A stretch of DNA of 64,000 nucleotides, from contig NC_134025.1 of NCBI RefSeq assembly GCF_964204645.1, forward strand, positions 7,316,001-7,380,000, written 5' to 3'. The position numbers were made by a program, and so were the translations under genes. Shown here in pieces: positions 36,201-50,354 of this stretch (the stretch's first letter is position 1; the number at the start of each line of letters is the position of its first letter). The stretch is from Tubulanus polymorphus. Its lineage: Eukaryota > Animalia > Nemertea. The notes beneath the pieces were generated by a model, which saw only the letters and a list, made by a program, of their open reading frames with translations, was not told the origin of the DNA and ran no database searches.

Positions 36201-39200
36201 GTAATTATACTAGGAGATGCTCGGTACCTCATTTCCCTTTCTACCAATGTCTCTGACATTCTTCCGTGGAATGATAGTGAGCTTAAGATAGCTTGTAAAA
36301 TATTCAAATGATCCCGGGACTGACAGGTTGACGCAGTGAAATGGAAATAATCTCTGAGCAATGATTGAAAAAAAGAGGACAAAAATGTTGTCTGTTGGCC
36401 TGATAACATTTTTTTGAGTTTTCAGTTAAACTACATAAAATCTGGGTGAAAATAATTCACCCAGAAAATGGAGAAATATTGCAACGTTAGAAAATGAATC
36501 TAATATCAAATACCCAAATAGTTTGGGACTAATTCAAAGTAGATTCATTGGAACTTTGAACTACATCTTTTGTAAGGAAAAGTTATTGAAGTCATAATTA
36601 ATTTTCCTAATTAATTATCATTACCCCTCCTATATTAGGTTCATCGTAAAGGGATGTATTTCATTTATCTATCTGATTTAATTGTTAGTTGGTTATTTCT
36701 GATGCATTGATACATTCTTTGCAATTTACAAAACAACATTTCATGATTGTGTATACCAAAGATAGAATAATCCCTTTTCCAGTATGGGCATAAGATTACT
36801 GCAGACCTTCGCTTTCAAGAAAAGAAATACATTACGATCAATTTCTATAAAAAGACATCCGATTGTGGTCAATACGTAAACAACAAATACATAAACCGAA
36901 ACTAAGAATTGCTAGCATTAAATGAGGAAAATTAATCACACAAAATTTCATCGACATCTTTTCTCCGGTGACAACATTTATCACTTAAAAGTCTCACCTC
37001 CCGACATATTTCATTGATCAGAATATACGACGATGTAGATATTACTAACTCCTTCGCGTTGATGAGGAAATTAATTATCGAAAAGGAATGACTTTAAACG
37101 AGAGAGGATTAATCCGTAGTCCGGTGCGACCGCTAATGAGTGTGACTGGTTGACTGCTGCGAGATTAACGTATACACCTGATATTATTACAACTACTACT
37201 ACAACCCGGCGATGTTGTCGTCCTTTCTCCTCCTCGCAACCACTCTACTGCGCACAGTTTACAGCTCAACTGTGACTGGTTGCCACAGATTTCACAGCTC
37301 TAATAAGTCGACTCGATGATGGCGTATCGCCTGCGATATTAATTTATAAGTAAACACTTCGCTGCTTCTAACGCCGCGCGATTTGCAAAAGGACATCGTT
37401 GCGCGATGGCTTTGAACGATCTTTATTCGGCGCTATTAGATTCTTAACACGTTCATATGTAAACATTTGAGATGTCGGTTTCATCGATTCGGTCATTGGT
37501 TCGACAAATATGCTTCGTTTTTATACCGCGTTTATTTTCAGAGATGTCGACGGATGGAACAGACTCAACCAGTCACCGACGTTTTATAGCCGTTTACAAA
37601 CCGATGATGATGATCAAGTGGAGGTTGGATGGTCGAGTCGTGCGCCGCACGAAATGCAGTTTACGTCTTTCTAGAGTAATTGCTTCTTCTTCGTGCCGGA
37701 GCAGTTTTAACGACTCCGGAGTCGACGGCGCTAACAGCGTAAACGTACCTCCACAAATCAATGGCGAAAGTTCGCGTTTAATGCATCCGCGATTTGTCGA
37801 TGACTTTCAGCTCAATAAACAACTCGTCTATGGCGACAATAAAACAGAGATAATATTGAAATCCATCGTTTTCATTAACGACTGATGAAGTCATTCGGAA
37901 ATTAGTAAACGGGCATAAAACACGGGCTATAAATGCATAACAATAAAATTACTCCGAACTCAGTCTTGACGATACCGCACTGTTTAATAACTCAGCTATA
38001 TGATAAAGCTCTCTATCGATCGAGGTAAGACACGAGGCTTTAAATCAATTATCATTCTCCTTTTACATTGCTTCAAATCTTTTGGAAGAGTAAATTATGC
38101 GCGCAAAACTTTTCTGCATCGCAAACAACAACAACAACATGACGTCCGTCGAAGAAATTGAATTAAATATCAGCGGCATAATGAGATCGTTACAGTAGTA
38201 CTGGAACTAAATGTAATCAGCGTAAGCCCGAGGCGGTGTCTTAGTTGAAACCTGTTCATCATTGCAGTTCCAACAACCCCATTTGTACGAATGCGATGCC
38301 CGACTTCAGTACAAGAATCATCAGTAATATCGTCTAGCATTCAAGGACGCGCATGATTGGGACGACTGCGATCATTGGGAATTATGAGACACGATCTGAT
38401 TCCATTTGTCCTCGTTGATGTTCTAAATATAGACGCATCGTGAATCTAATAAGAGGTGCATTCGATGAATAATACATATACACTCCTTGAAATTTAATTA
38501 TCTACCATGTTTCATCTTAGAAAACATGGCGACAAAAATCGTTAAGTTTTGTCATCGAAATACATGCATTAATAATTCATTTGATAGTAAACGTTTTCTT
38601 GACATGCATAATACAGATAGCCTCGAGGTTAGTAAGTAAACCGATGATTGCTCCACCACTCGGGCCTTATTAGACCAACCTATTGCTTACTAATAGCAGT
38701 TTTCTACCCCTGTAGGGCATCCTGCGTTATTTATAGCAGCAATATCTGCAACAACTTTTTCCAGAACTTTCCTAAAGACATTTTTGCCAATGGATATTGC
38801 ATATTGCATAAAAAGAGGATTTCATTAAGATAAAGCATCAGGTCAACACAGAGACAAATTTAGCCAACAGAGCATCAAAAACTCTTTGGAAGACTAATTC
38901 TCTCCTGTTGGTCTTTTGGAAACCTCTGAGATATTGATGTGATGAACTCTCCTCCGAGATGAGTGTTTTACGCATTTCCTTACCTTCTCCACAGCCACAC
39001 ATGGATCAATCTGACCATTACATGTGCCACAAGACACTCATAAGAAGGCAATAAGATGACACACCGTAGCTTGAGAGCCATTTCAAAAGGAAATGTAGCC
39101 GAATCCTGAGATAAATGATGTGGTTTTTCTGTCTGCCTGTTATTTCCTCTGACTCGCAGTAAATGGCAGATCATGTAAGTGAAAAGTTCTGAACTGCAAA

Positions 39201-39304
39201 ATCTCATATTAAACTTCCATTAGAAGCCAAATCAAATTAAGCCAAACCAATTAGAGGGCAAATAAAAAGAATTGATGTCTTAAAAACCTTATAAAAAATA
39301 ATCC

Positions 39305-39574
39305 CAGACGCGGATCCAGCTTACCACCATCATTAGTTGCTTGAGCGGCACTCATGGATTTTTCAAGAACTATTTTTTTGATATATCAAACACAAGCCGA
39401 TTTATGTTCGATGTATAATGGATCAATGTGTGGAAAATTAAATTGAATTAAACGTCCCCTGAAAAACTTAGGATGCATCTGGCGGGGGTAAAATTCTAAA
39501 ATGTTCTGGGGAGGACCCCCACACAGCCCTTAAGGTCCGGTGATATTCAGACTAACAGGCTGGATCCGCCCCTG
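39305..39574. mobile_element. hAT-like MITE with 5-bp target site duplication
   Basis: TIRs CAGACGCGGATCCAGC and GCTGGATCCGCCCCTG match at 14/16 positions. Flanked by AATCC at 39300-39304 and 39575-39579. Confidence 0.8.
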
Positions 39575-40154
39575 AATCCAGGCATTTCCCATTGGAACCC
39601 TGTATATTGGATTATTTCATTTAAACAAAATACATAAGTCGAATTCAGCATACAGACTTCAATACGAATCAACATATTATAAGTCGGTCTCAATCAATGT
39701 TAAGGAGAAAGAATTCCACATGCAGGAGTGTCTTTAATGGATTCACCGGCCAGAAATCTTCTAATCAATTCCAACTTCAAAGACACGTCGTTGCCGGAAT
39801 TAAAATATAGCAAATTAATGGATGTTATCAAAAACCGAGGCCGGTACCGCTGCACGCCAGGATCGATAGAACCGAATGAATAGCATGAAAGTGAATAGCA
39901 ACAAGCAAATCTATCGATTTTCACTGACAGATGAAACTTAACACGTATTGCTATTTGTTAAGACATAAAAACATCGTACATCAATATATTCGATATCTTC
40001 AATATCAAAAAGAGAGAAAACTCGAGTTTAGAACGATCTTAGATGTATAAGTAGCTTTTAACTTCTTGACTATCCTAGCCAATTCTTAGCAAATTTGACA
40101 TCTAAAGGATAAAATTGCCACTCCTGACGCAAGCAGACCTAATATGATAGTACA

Positions 40155-40268
40155 TTAGACCAGGGAGGTGGAAGTGAACTCCCACCTCCCCTGGTTAGAC
40201 CAAGGACGTCGTCTAGTTTATTCGTCCATGGTTAGACCAAGGAAGGTGTTCTCCCACACCCAGTTAGA
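40155..40268. repeat. Array of three tiny hairpin units separated by four TTAGA direct repeats
   Basis: TTAGA at 40155, 40195, 40232 and 40264. Intervening units of 35, 32 and 27 nt each start with CCA; the first two end with TGG. Confidence 0.8.
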
Positions 40269-41746
40269 CAGGCTCAAATGAATAATGAACTTGATTTTCA
40301 AAATTTTCGTCATTCTAAAAGTATCAATTTTGTGACGTATGTTAACTGCACTGCACCATGGACTCGTCAACAGCACGAGTTCGACAATGGAATATCTTGA
40401 CTTAGTAGTAGAGCTGTAATTGAATCAATGAAGCTTTTATTGAGATCAGTATGGTTGATAGTCAGTGCACGTGGGTATATTTCCATCTTGTTTCATAAAA
40501 AAGTTCTGCTAGTAGGTAGAATTACACCTTTAGCGGCCTGGCTACGATTTAGACGACGAAAGCGCAATAAATATCGTTCATGTGAAAAAAGGCGAACTAG
40601 TAATTGCCAATCAGAGCCTTGAAAGGGTAAATCATTGCCACTTTATTGGTAATAGAGCATTCCCCATAGGGTAGCTCGTAGGACATTTGTCGATGCGTGT
40701 ACAAGATGTCTCTTGCTTCACTCTTATAAACAGATGCTGACATATTGAGCTATGATCCTGGCCCAGTACTCAAATAGTATTGGTTCTCCGCACTAATAGA
40801 TATAATAACACTATCTCTGAAAACTAATCGTCTTAAAGTTGAGAGTAAAAGCTAAAAATGAACTCCGAACGAGCTTTACCTCATAATACTATGAACCTCT
40901 TAATTCTAAAAATAAAACATAAATCGCTTTGTCTAGGATTAATTTAAGAAGATCGCTCTTCTATAACTGAATCAAATCATGAATATGTCAATGGCATCTA
41001 GCTACGTAGTATACTAAACATAATCTTTGACAATACATGTCATCTTCAATATACAATATTTTCAATAATTTTCCTGAGAAATTCCACACATTTGCTTAAC
41101 CAGGCCCCACCCATTCATTAGTGAAGTTCACAGGTTCAGTCCATGTTGATCCTGGGCTTTCATCATTATTCCTAGTGATGGTGAATATCAAGTAAATGAA
41201 TGCTGTTACAATGGTTGATATTAAATTGTCAAGAAAACCACTGCGCAATTAGTTGTTTCAATTTATCATGTATATAACTGCCAAATTTCAGGGTGACCAC
41301 TTTCTACCCATGTACAAACTCACTGAATTTTCTCATGTTATGATACACAATTCCCTTAGTGAATTGGCAGGTAAGTGGAAAAATTTCTCGGTTGACAATG
41401 TTAAAATTTATTTATTTTTTTCCGAGTTTTCCCCGATTTTTTCCCCAGATTTTTCAGATTTCCCGAGTTTTCCAGGTTTTCCAGGTCAGCAGATGTATCA
41501 GAAAAATATTTGACTATTTCTTTTTCAATCATTCAGTCATCAAACATCTGGCCACACCAATCAAAATGATGATTATAAGAAATTATTCTCAACAGCATGC
41601 GACCGTGGGACAAAGAGCATATCGTACAGATCTACTGGAGCTGACAGTCTCACAGACACGGCGTATTAACCGAGATTTGATCCCTACGAGGCCTGCTTTC
41701 TAGCCTCCAGTAGAAATCTCTGCAATCCTTTCTAAAAATAGTCATC

Positions 41747-41771
41747 GTATGTATGTATGTATGTATGTATG
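41747..41771. repeat. (GTAT)n microsatellite
   Basis: About six GTAT units. Confidence 0.9.
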
Positions 41772-44700
41772 AATGAACTGCTGCAAACAAACCTGAAAAT
41801 AGAATCAGTGTTGACACAGTTCATCGGCTTCATTACACACGTTGACACAGGTAACCACACCCCAATTTGTTGATAATAAAATAAGTCACATACATTGTGC
41901 GCATATATTTGACTACATCTTTCACACAGATTTCCGTTATACATCAAAACTATGTTTCCGCTACTTTCTCGATTTGATAGCGAGTCAATGAGGGATCACA
42001 ACACCGGCTATCCCACCAGATGGCGTGACCAGCACTCAGTCTTACGTTGTCAAAAGTAGTTCATTTTTAATGAACTTCGAACTGAATTTTTAGGCTACTG
42101 AATCATCCATACATTATCATACAACCCACCAAATATACATTATATTCATTTCCTCAACTCAGATATTGGTATAGTTTTCATTAATTATTGCTTTATTAAT
42201 AATTTACTTAAGAAAAAGTTCATTCAGTTTTAATCGAAATGTAGCAGGAATTGAACGTGACTATATTCTAGCAGAGGTAGAATACGAATATAGGGATTTG
42301 AACCTTTGGATCTTAACGTCGGTTTGGCGATGTCATAACAGGACCACTTTCCTTTCGATGAAAGTAGCATCCGCCTAAGGACGGTTCTGGCCGGTTTTCA
42401 TCGTCGAGTATCTACCACCTACACAACGACAAATATATTGTGGTCCATCTATTCTAATACTGGAACCGATGTCAGAATTAATAAATTCAATCAGGTAAAA
42501 GCTACTGGAATTAAGCAGCACATGAAACGTCGATGCGTCGGATTTCCTCCACAAATTGTTGATAATCACTTTTGAGCTTTCATGACATGACACAAGCAGA
42601 ACTAGAGATTTCCTGTGATTTGGTATTGTGAATGCAGCGCTGTCGCGATGCTAATTAATCTCCGTTGACCGAGGACGATGATGGCACCACGAATTACAGA
42701 CACTGGTCACATGACAGACCGTGCAAATTAACACCAAATAAATGAAATCACTCTACAGATACGATTTGTTGATTTACACTGATTGGCTTCCACTGGAATA
42801 CGGTTACTCCAATCTCGGCGTAATCATACTCCAAGGTCCAATGGAAATAGGCTGGAAGGGTCTGAACCCATCAAACTCAGAACTAAATCCGTGTAGTTTT
42901 ATTTCACTATGACCGATAAAATCACAATACATAAAATACAATTGAGACTTTCAGAGCCTAGATCCCTTTTTTTCACTTAGCCTTACGCTGCAATATTACA
43001 AAATGTAATATTTCAAATTCTATTTATTACCTTTGTGTTCAAATTATTAAGGAAAATAAAACCATCCCTGCGGTTCTACCCCTGATACTGTTACATTTTA
43101 CATACGTTAAGGCAACATGAATTTTAAATCCACCTATAGTGACAATCGAAGTTTACATCATACATGCACAGTTCGCATGATGGAAAACTATTTTTAGTAA
43201 TAACCTCGAGCAGCTTTTAAAAACTGTTTCTTCGCACACGCGTGTGTTACAGGGATTTCAACAGCGATTCCAAGAAAAACTCTGATAAAGAGGACAATAC
43301 GAAACAAACAAACGACAATCATCAAATCCTACCTGCGATGATCGCGATGATTAATAGCATAAAATATAGTTAAGCCGACCTGACCACATATCACAGAAAA
43401 ATCGTGACTATCTCTCAAGGAGGGATGCGCAGATGGTACAACGAATTATTACATGGAATTATATTAATGCTTTCCAAGATTGCCATGCCTTATCTAACTA
43501 ATTACTGTTATATATACTGGATGGCCATTCATCATAATTGCAGGTGGCTCACCTAAGATGACTGAAATTACAGACGACGCACTCAGTACCACCAGGGACG
43601 CGCAGGGGCCGTACCAAGGGGAGGGTGCGCATGCCCCTAAAATGTCGAAATGCCCTGAAATCTTAAGGGAAATGAAAATTATTAACTATAGAATATAGAT
43701 TGATACTGAAAAATTCATAAGCTTGTTCTCTGTCTGTACTTCTAAAAATCAGGAAATTTTTTAATGATCGGGGGAATCGAATGATAAGATGGAAAATCCA
43801 TATTTTAAGATCAATTACTAGCTATAATTTCAGTACACATGTTACAACTTCTAATGATAACGTTTTACTATTTTTTACTTAAATTTCTTACTTACAACTT
43901 ATTTACTTCTTACAGATGGAAATAAAACTCTGCTGTTCTAGATACAAGATGGTGTCTGATGCAGATGCTTTATTTATGAAATGCAAATGATAAATATCAC
44001 GTCATTTGTGACAGAATTGTAAAAAAAATAGATGATACAAAACTGCTTTACTGTCATAATTTTCATTTTTGTTACCATAGCGATATCATCATCTTTGTTT
44101 ACTACGACAACGACTAAGATCACTTCGCAGCTGACTCCAATAGAATATCAGGTTATAAACAAATCATTACTGGCTAATTCATCCAGACGTAACTATCAAT
44201 AATTAACATACATGTCTGATGAAAATTTGATCTTGAAATCCAACTAGTTCCCAACGATTGAAATCAATCAGCAGAAGTAATACGTTGAATTTCATTTGCG
44301 TCATCAAAGCTCGTACGCGAGACTTGCAATCACTCGCTAACCAATTCCCTTTGTTTAATTAGTTAGACGGATATACGCCAGCGCTCTGGTGGCGAGCGTA
44401 TGCACATCCGAGGTCAAAATAGGTATTTATCAATTTTCGTCTGTTGTTGGCGAAAAGCTCGTTCTAAGAAAATCAGCCGAACGACTAAGATTTCGCTTGC
44501 AATTCACACGCACCAGTCAAACAAATAAGATTTTTAAACCAATAATATCTGATGCATATGACAGATGATGACTCCGTTGCTTGAAGGTACCAAAACACCA
44601 CCGAGTCCAAGACAGAATGTCGTAAAATGCAGATTTGTGGAAAATATTGTGCCCTTATCCCGGCACTAGATTTGACAGGGTGATGGATACTCGGGTGAAT

Positions 44701-45069
44701 ATATCGTCGTGCTAAGTCAATCAGAAGAAACCTGCAGCAATCGATAACTCTGCAAAGAATGTCCCGAGGATCCACATTTCCCTATCACTACAAAATCAGC
44801 TTATATTCACCACAATGAGATAATCAATTTTCACAGTCACGCAAAATGCTAATTTACTATATGCCTCTGTTTGTCTCACATTTTAGTCGAAAGTTTAATC
44901 GCAAAATACGATTTGTAAGCTGAGACTGTCAATGATAATTCATAATATAGAATTTAGATTCTAATATTGACATGAGGGTTTACATAATCAGGCCTTTCTG
45001 GGGTTATCTAATCATTATCACCTTTGAACAAGTTTTCTTCTAAAATAACGCAAACCCTCGAACATATTA

Positions 45070-45350
45070 GCCGCGATCACATGGGAGACGATTTGGCCAA
45101 GGTCAAATTGGCGCCGACCAGACCCATGTTAAATTTAGAACTTGAAGAAGTGCAATCAAAATGACGCAGTGGTGAGGTCACTTCCAGAACCAGTGAGCGT
45201 TCAGTAATTTGATTTATGTAAAAATTTAGCAGCAGCCTGTGCGAGATTTTTGGTCAGGCAAAATTTAGCCTGTGTCTAATGAACAGGCATGGACCGATTT
45301 GGCACAAATGTGAAAGGTTGGCCCGGGTCAAAAACGCTTGTGTGATCGCC
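45070..45350. mobile_element. MITE, same family as 6840-7151
   Basis: Ends GCCGCGATCACA...GACGATTTGGCC and GGTCAAAAACGCTTGTGTGATCGCC. Confidence 0.6.
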
Positions 45351-46249
45351 TTGTGCGGAAGTATCATTAGCATGTTATCTACCAGTACTGCACACAATTG
45401 AACAGTCAGTCATCTATTTTTATAAATAAGTATCAGATGGAGATGTAATTAATGGTTTTTCTGGATCGATTACTGTAATTATGTGACGAAATGAGGCGTA
45501 TCATGGCACAGCATCTTCTTGTATAATGAAGGTAGTTCTGACAGTAGAGGGCTGATTATAGAGTATATGCTGTGAAGCCATCACAACCCAAGGGACAAAA
45601 CGTGAAAAAAGGATTTTTTCAGCGAATGAATGAAGAATATTCATACACGTATTGACTGAAAATAAATGATCAGGGCTGTTCCCGAAGGACTTACAGGTTG
45701 GCAATGACATTGCTTCATTCCAGAAGGTACAACGATCGATATGATGGTCTTGTCCAAAAAAATTTCTCGATGTATTAATTCACCATTTTCAAGTACTTAA
45801 ATTTTCTTAAAACACAACCTTTTCAGGTGTTTATGGTTCTTTTCAGGTTCTTCCTAGATTCACACGCACACACATGTACATCAATTCTTGTTGATAATGA
45901 ACCAATTGCCGCTGTTGGCACATATACAATGTATATTCTATTAAATTTAGATTTCTTTCCAGAAATACAAACTAAACGCTAAAAGTAACTCAGGTAAGAT
46001 AACTATGAATACCTTCTAAGAATTCATACACATAAATAAGTACGTAAGTAGCTATTTATAAATTGAGTAATCACAGCTAGCCGGTGGATTTATCATTTCC
46101 ATTCTGAGTTTCTTTTAAAAAGAGTTTCTTTTAAAAAAAGAAATGTTTTTATACGAATAGATTGCTCACAGTTAAAGCAGATGTTTAACTTGAGAAGTAA
46201 TGAATTACGCAGTTGTCAGGACTTTAACGTAAATACTCAATCGTGGTTA

Positions 46250-46735
46250 TTTTTTAACCGAGGTGCCAAGGTCAGTGAGCTATATACAATATGCATACTA
46301 TCTTTTTCGATCCGTCGAAATCTCGTTTCCAATATAAAGATCGATATAAGATTTTTGTACTACAAAAGATTGAACCTTTAAAATCTTACACAATCGGGCA
46401 CCTTAATACTTTTAGCGAACTACTAACTATCCATAACCCAGCACCACTAACCAGACTTCAGAAATCCAATTTTTTGTACATTTTTATCTCAGAGTTTTAC
46501 AGTACAAGATCATTTTCTGTCTCTACCCCTAATCTATGGAGTAGTTTGCCAAATTAAGGCTATAATCATCATTTGAGGTTTTCAAACCATCGGTCAAAAC
46601 ATTCTTATTTAGAAAATATTATCTATCAACTAATTCTATATCTACTAATTGTGTTAATTTTAACGATTTTTGTAAAGAGCTTTGAGATCGATCTTAATGT
46701 AAAGCGTATTTAAGAAATGAATTACTATTATCATT
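46250..46735 (+). mobile_element. Decayed L2-like LINE 3' fragment
   Basis: ORF 46291-46557 ends TRSFSVSTPNLWSSLP, resembling the L2 motif RAFSVAAPKLWNSLP. Followed by a GTAAAGAGCTTTGAG...AAAGCGTATT end and an ATT-type tail. Confidence 0.7.
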
Positions 46736-47875
46736 GTGGTATATCGCAATCTTGTGCACCATGCGTAATAAATTATTCACCACTTCGACCGAATATATTC
46801 TCGTACCCCCTGCACCCTACTCGATAAAAACTTATTTACACTCGTTTGTTTGAATGGTACTTCGTTCTGCTATCAGTCCACCGATGATGTGAGTAACCTG
46901 GGCCGTACCCCACCCTCGATAAAAAAGATATTTATACATTCCTGCGGTTAAATAGTACTTCCTTCATCCTTCTGTCTGATTACCGAAGATTGCCGGTTTT
47001 CTCTACCCTTAATCCATGATTTATGCGAGATTTATGGAAATAGCACCTGCCTCAGAGAGTCCATCATAATACAGCACAAATCTCTACAAGCTCGTCCTTC
47101 GCGTTGAATGGCGCTTCTCTAATCGATGAATTCCGAGAAATTCTTTTTGAAAGAATATTGAAATACGGATACGGTGTAGCGGGCGAATAGCAGCCACTAA
47201 CAGCAAAATGCTTTCCTCCACAAATTTGTTCACGGAATTGTTTTATGTCAAACAAATATATCAAACTAAATATATCAAATTTTGTATTGCGTGTAACTGT
47301 TACTATTAAAGCTCATAAGGGCGAAAAACAATTGTTTCAGTTTTGCAGTACTCTAAATAACACAATTAATCAATAAAAGATATTCATATACAGGGTAAAT
47401 TCAAAATTCTTGAAAGAAAAAGAAAAAAAAATCAAAAGGTTATTCTTCGGAAAGAATTAGCAGGTTTACTGCGAACACTGCCGCCGTCTTTTTACACCTT
47501 TTGACGCCTAAGCTCTATAAATCAGTTAATCAAATTTGTTTAGATAGATTAATTGTAGTATAATCAAACTGAATCTATCGTCACTCAGTGTAATGGATTA
47601 GGAGAGAGGCACACTGAGAGAGATGAGTGTACATTAATGTAAATCAAACGCCACGCCAGCCATTCATAAGCTTCATTTTCTTCACTGTCAACGATAACGA
47701 CTGTTACTTCTCAACGATAAATGATTGAAGACGCGAACGCTACGAGAGAGAAATTGCGTCAAAAAATAATAACCGCTGTCAACGCTATGAAAACACAGGG
47801 CCCCGGACAATAACCAACACGTAAACGCGTGAACGAACTACACACATACAAAACGAAAAATCTAACTCGACTTAC

Positions 47876-48095
47876 GCGATGCTAGTGAAATGGGGTGCGC
47901 GAATTCTTTACCCAATAAATGCTCAGTAATAATCCGTGCAGTCAGAAGTTACAAAATCTGCGTTTCGTATTTAATCCATCGCGGTGGTGGTGGCGCGAAC
48001 ACAGGGGCTGTACACAGGTAACAGCTGAAGATGCTGTAGCATAGCAACATACACTCATCTCTTTCCCCCCTCTCTCTCTCTCTTTCCCTCTCTTA
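47876..48095 (-). promoter_or_regulatory. Candidate non-coding first exon and GA-rich promoter of the long minus-strand gene
   Basis: Consensus donor GTAAGT at 47870-47875 (minus strand), CpG-rich exon-like segment, and (GA)n tract at about 48058-48092. The link to the 21730-30624 CDS is inferred. Confidence 0.4.
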
Positions 48096-50354
48096 CAGAG
48101 CTCCAACTATCATCCGTGTCGTGCTGTTCTTAAACATAAAACCAAGATGACGAACAAAAATTCTTTCTACATTAGATTATGTATTAATGGTAGAAAACCT
48201 CTCATATGCGTCGAGTGTTGTGTTACATTTTCTATTTGTTTCCTTGTGTATTTGAATTATTGTCTTGAGATGGATATCATGGAAAATCATTAGTTTTCAT
48301 TCGATAGAAAAATGAATTCACGATCAGTTACTTCTAATGACCATTTTCATTTATCCATTATTTCTTATCCAGCATCGATTGTAAGATTTTGAATCATCAT
48401 TTTACATTCGAAGAACTAAAAAAGAAAACTGTATCCAATGCGTAAATGTAGTTTCCGTAGAATCCTCAGACAAGCGAGCGTTTCATCGCAGTGTATAATA
48501 CATCAATTAGTAATGGACCAATGCTCATTTCGTGGTCAGATTGATAGTCAGGATATACTTTATCAAACTGTCATTTCTTGTAGCCGTCATATTACCCTTA
48601 GTTGACAGCACCGGAGCTTCAGTAAATATGTCTCCTATGAAAAATTGCTTACCGATATGATACCGACAAGGGTATGATCTATCAAGAAATATTCTGACGA
48701 TTTCAAGAAATCCAAATTATTTCTTTTCATTTTCAAGGTAAAAGATTTATTTTCTTATCTGATACAACACTGTGGATGTTTAGATGAAAGGAAACAGTCA
48801 CCATTTGTTAGGCTGAGGGATTTCTTTAGCAATCAAGCTCAAAGGCAATCAAGCTCAGAGCTTTGAAGTACCACTATACACAAAACGTGCATGTCAACAT
48901 ATGTACATAAACTGGAATAATAAATAGCAGTATTTACACAAATAAGCACACTTACAGGCAAAACAACTATTACTATTAATTGAATGTATAAATAGACAAA
49001 TGATAAACGAGATCATTTTCATCTGTAAAACACGAAATTAGATACTATATTATGATATACCAACGTCGACAATAGATAAATGTCAACAAATGAACTACTA
49101 CATCTGAGGTTTAGCAATACTTCATCACATATCATTAGATGCTATAGTTAGACACCTTTGTTACTGCAAATCATGGATATGATTATCTGTAAGCTAGTGC
49201 GGTAGAATTATGAAATAGTACCAGCAGTCAATAGGGTTAATCAGTTAATCAGCCGAGACACAACTGTTTTCTATTTTAACGAGACATCCATCAGTTCAAT
49301 AGCGTTTTGATGAATTGGTCTTAAGTCCCAATGGACTGTTGTTTTATTACCCAAAAACAGAAATTTTAGAAGAGAGAATGATTGACGGTAAGCGATTGTC
49401 ATGCCACATAGTGGAGTAAAATCTAACTAATCGTAACACTCACGGAGTCACTAAGTGTCATACAACATGGTATTATCAATTTCATCAAAAAATGAATAAA
49501 CCGAATCACTTAGTGACCTTCAACAAGTAGCCAAAACCATCCAACAAATAATAAAAGAAAACATCCAACAATCATTCCCATACCTGGTGAGAAAATGTGC
49601 AAATAAACTAGAAATGGTGGTTCGTGAGTTATCCCAAAAACTGAATGCGTTGCGATCATGAATGTCTCTGCTATGTATTTTAAAATTCCCAAAAACCGTG
49701 CAAGACTTCATCCAAAATATTGGATCTGATCGTTGTAGGATATCGTGCAGAAATAACAAGTGCACATTATGAAAATGAAAACAGTTATCGGTTGTCAGTA
49801 GCATTGTGTTTGAACGAGTTATTGTAGCCTTTCAGACTGAATTATTCAAAGGTTTTTAAGTGCCACGTAAAGGTTGCGCAAGAATAAGATGGAACTTAAA
49901 AGTTTAAAAAACCCAAACCACAAAGTGGTTATTTATCACCCAAGTGTCAAAGTTTTCATTGTAATAAGACCTGCAAGTAATAAGACAGCACATATAATTT
50001 TTTCCGTCACCAAAGCAACAAGCCGCAAAGAATTCATACTTTCTGAACTATTGAGTTCATACGCAAATATTTCTAAAACTACTGAGAACATAGAAAAACA
50101 CATAGAGCAATGTCAATCTTACCTTGAACACGTGCATCCCGGTCTGATTTAGCACTAGGAGTTCGAATTTCAAATGTTCGATTGAAGAATGGATTTCCAG
50201 TATGAGGTCGAGGCATGGCTCCAGTGTGTTGATGATAGTCACTTGGAAACGTAGCAATAATCATGGCTGTATTCGGATTACGATACTCCCTGAAATTGAT
50301 TTTTTGAAATTTATCGTACACCATTTCTCAAAAATGTCTTCCTCCAGATGTTGC

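Noticed and set aside
37472-37885. 137-aa plus-strand ORF
   Set aside because: No motif and no supporting splice structure; explained by locally higher GC.
40155-40268. True CRISPR array
   Set aside because: Repeats are only 5-9 nt, the palindromes are in the spacers rather than the repeats, no cas genes are present and the context is an animal intron. Kept as a transposon-derived array.
41253-41703. Overlapping Phe/Pro-rich ORFs
   Set aside because: Translate a TTTTCC(A/C)G subrepeat of a degenerate MITE (starting CAGGGTGACCAC at about 41288).
42285-42350. tRNA gene (B-box GGTTCAAATCCC on the minus strand)
   Set aside because: No complete cloverleaf or clear A-box; at most a decayed tRNA-derived SINE head.
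46800-46995. Diverged ~100-bp tandem duplication (CGTACCCC...CTCGATAAAAA)
   Set aside because: Only two degenerate copies with no sign of function.
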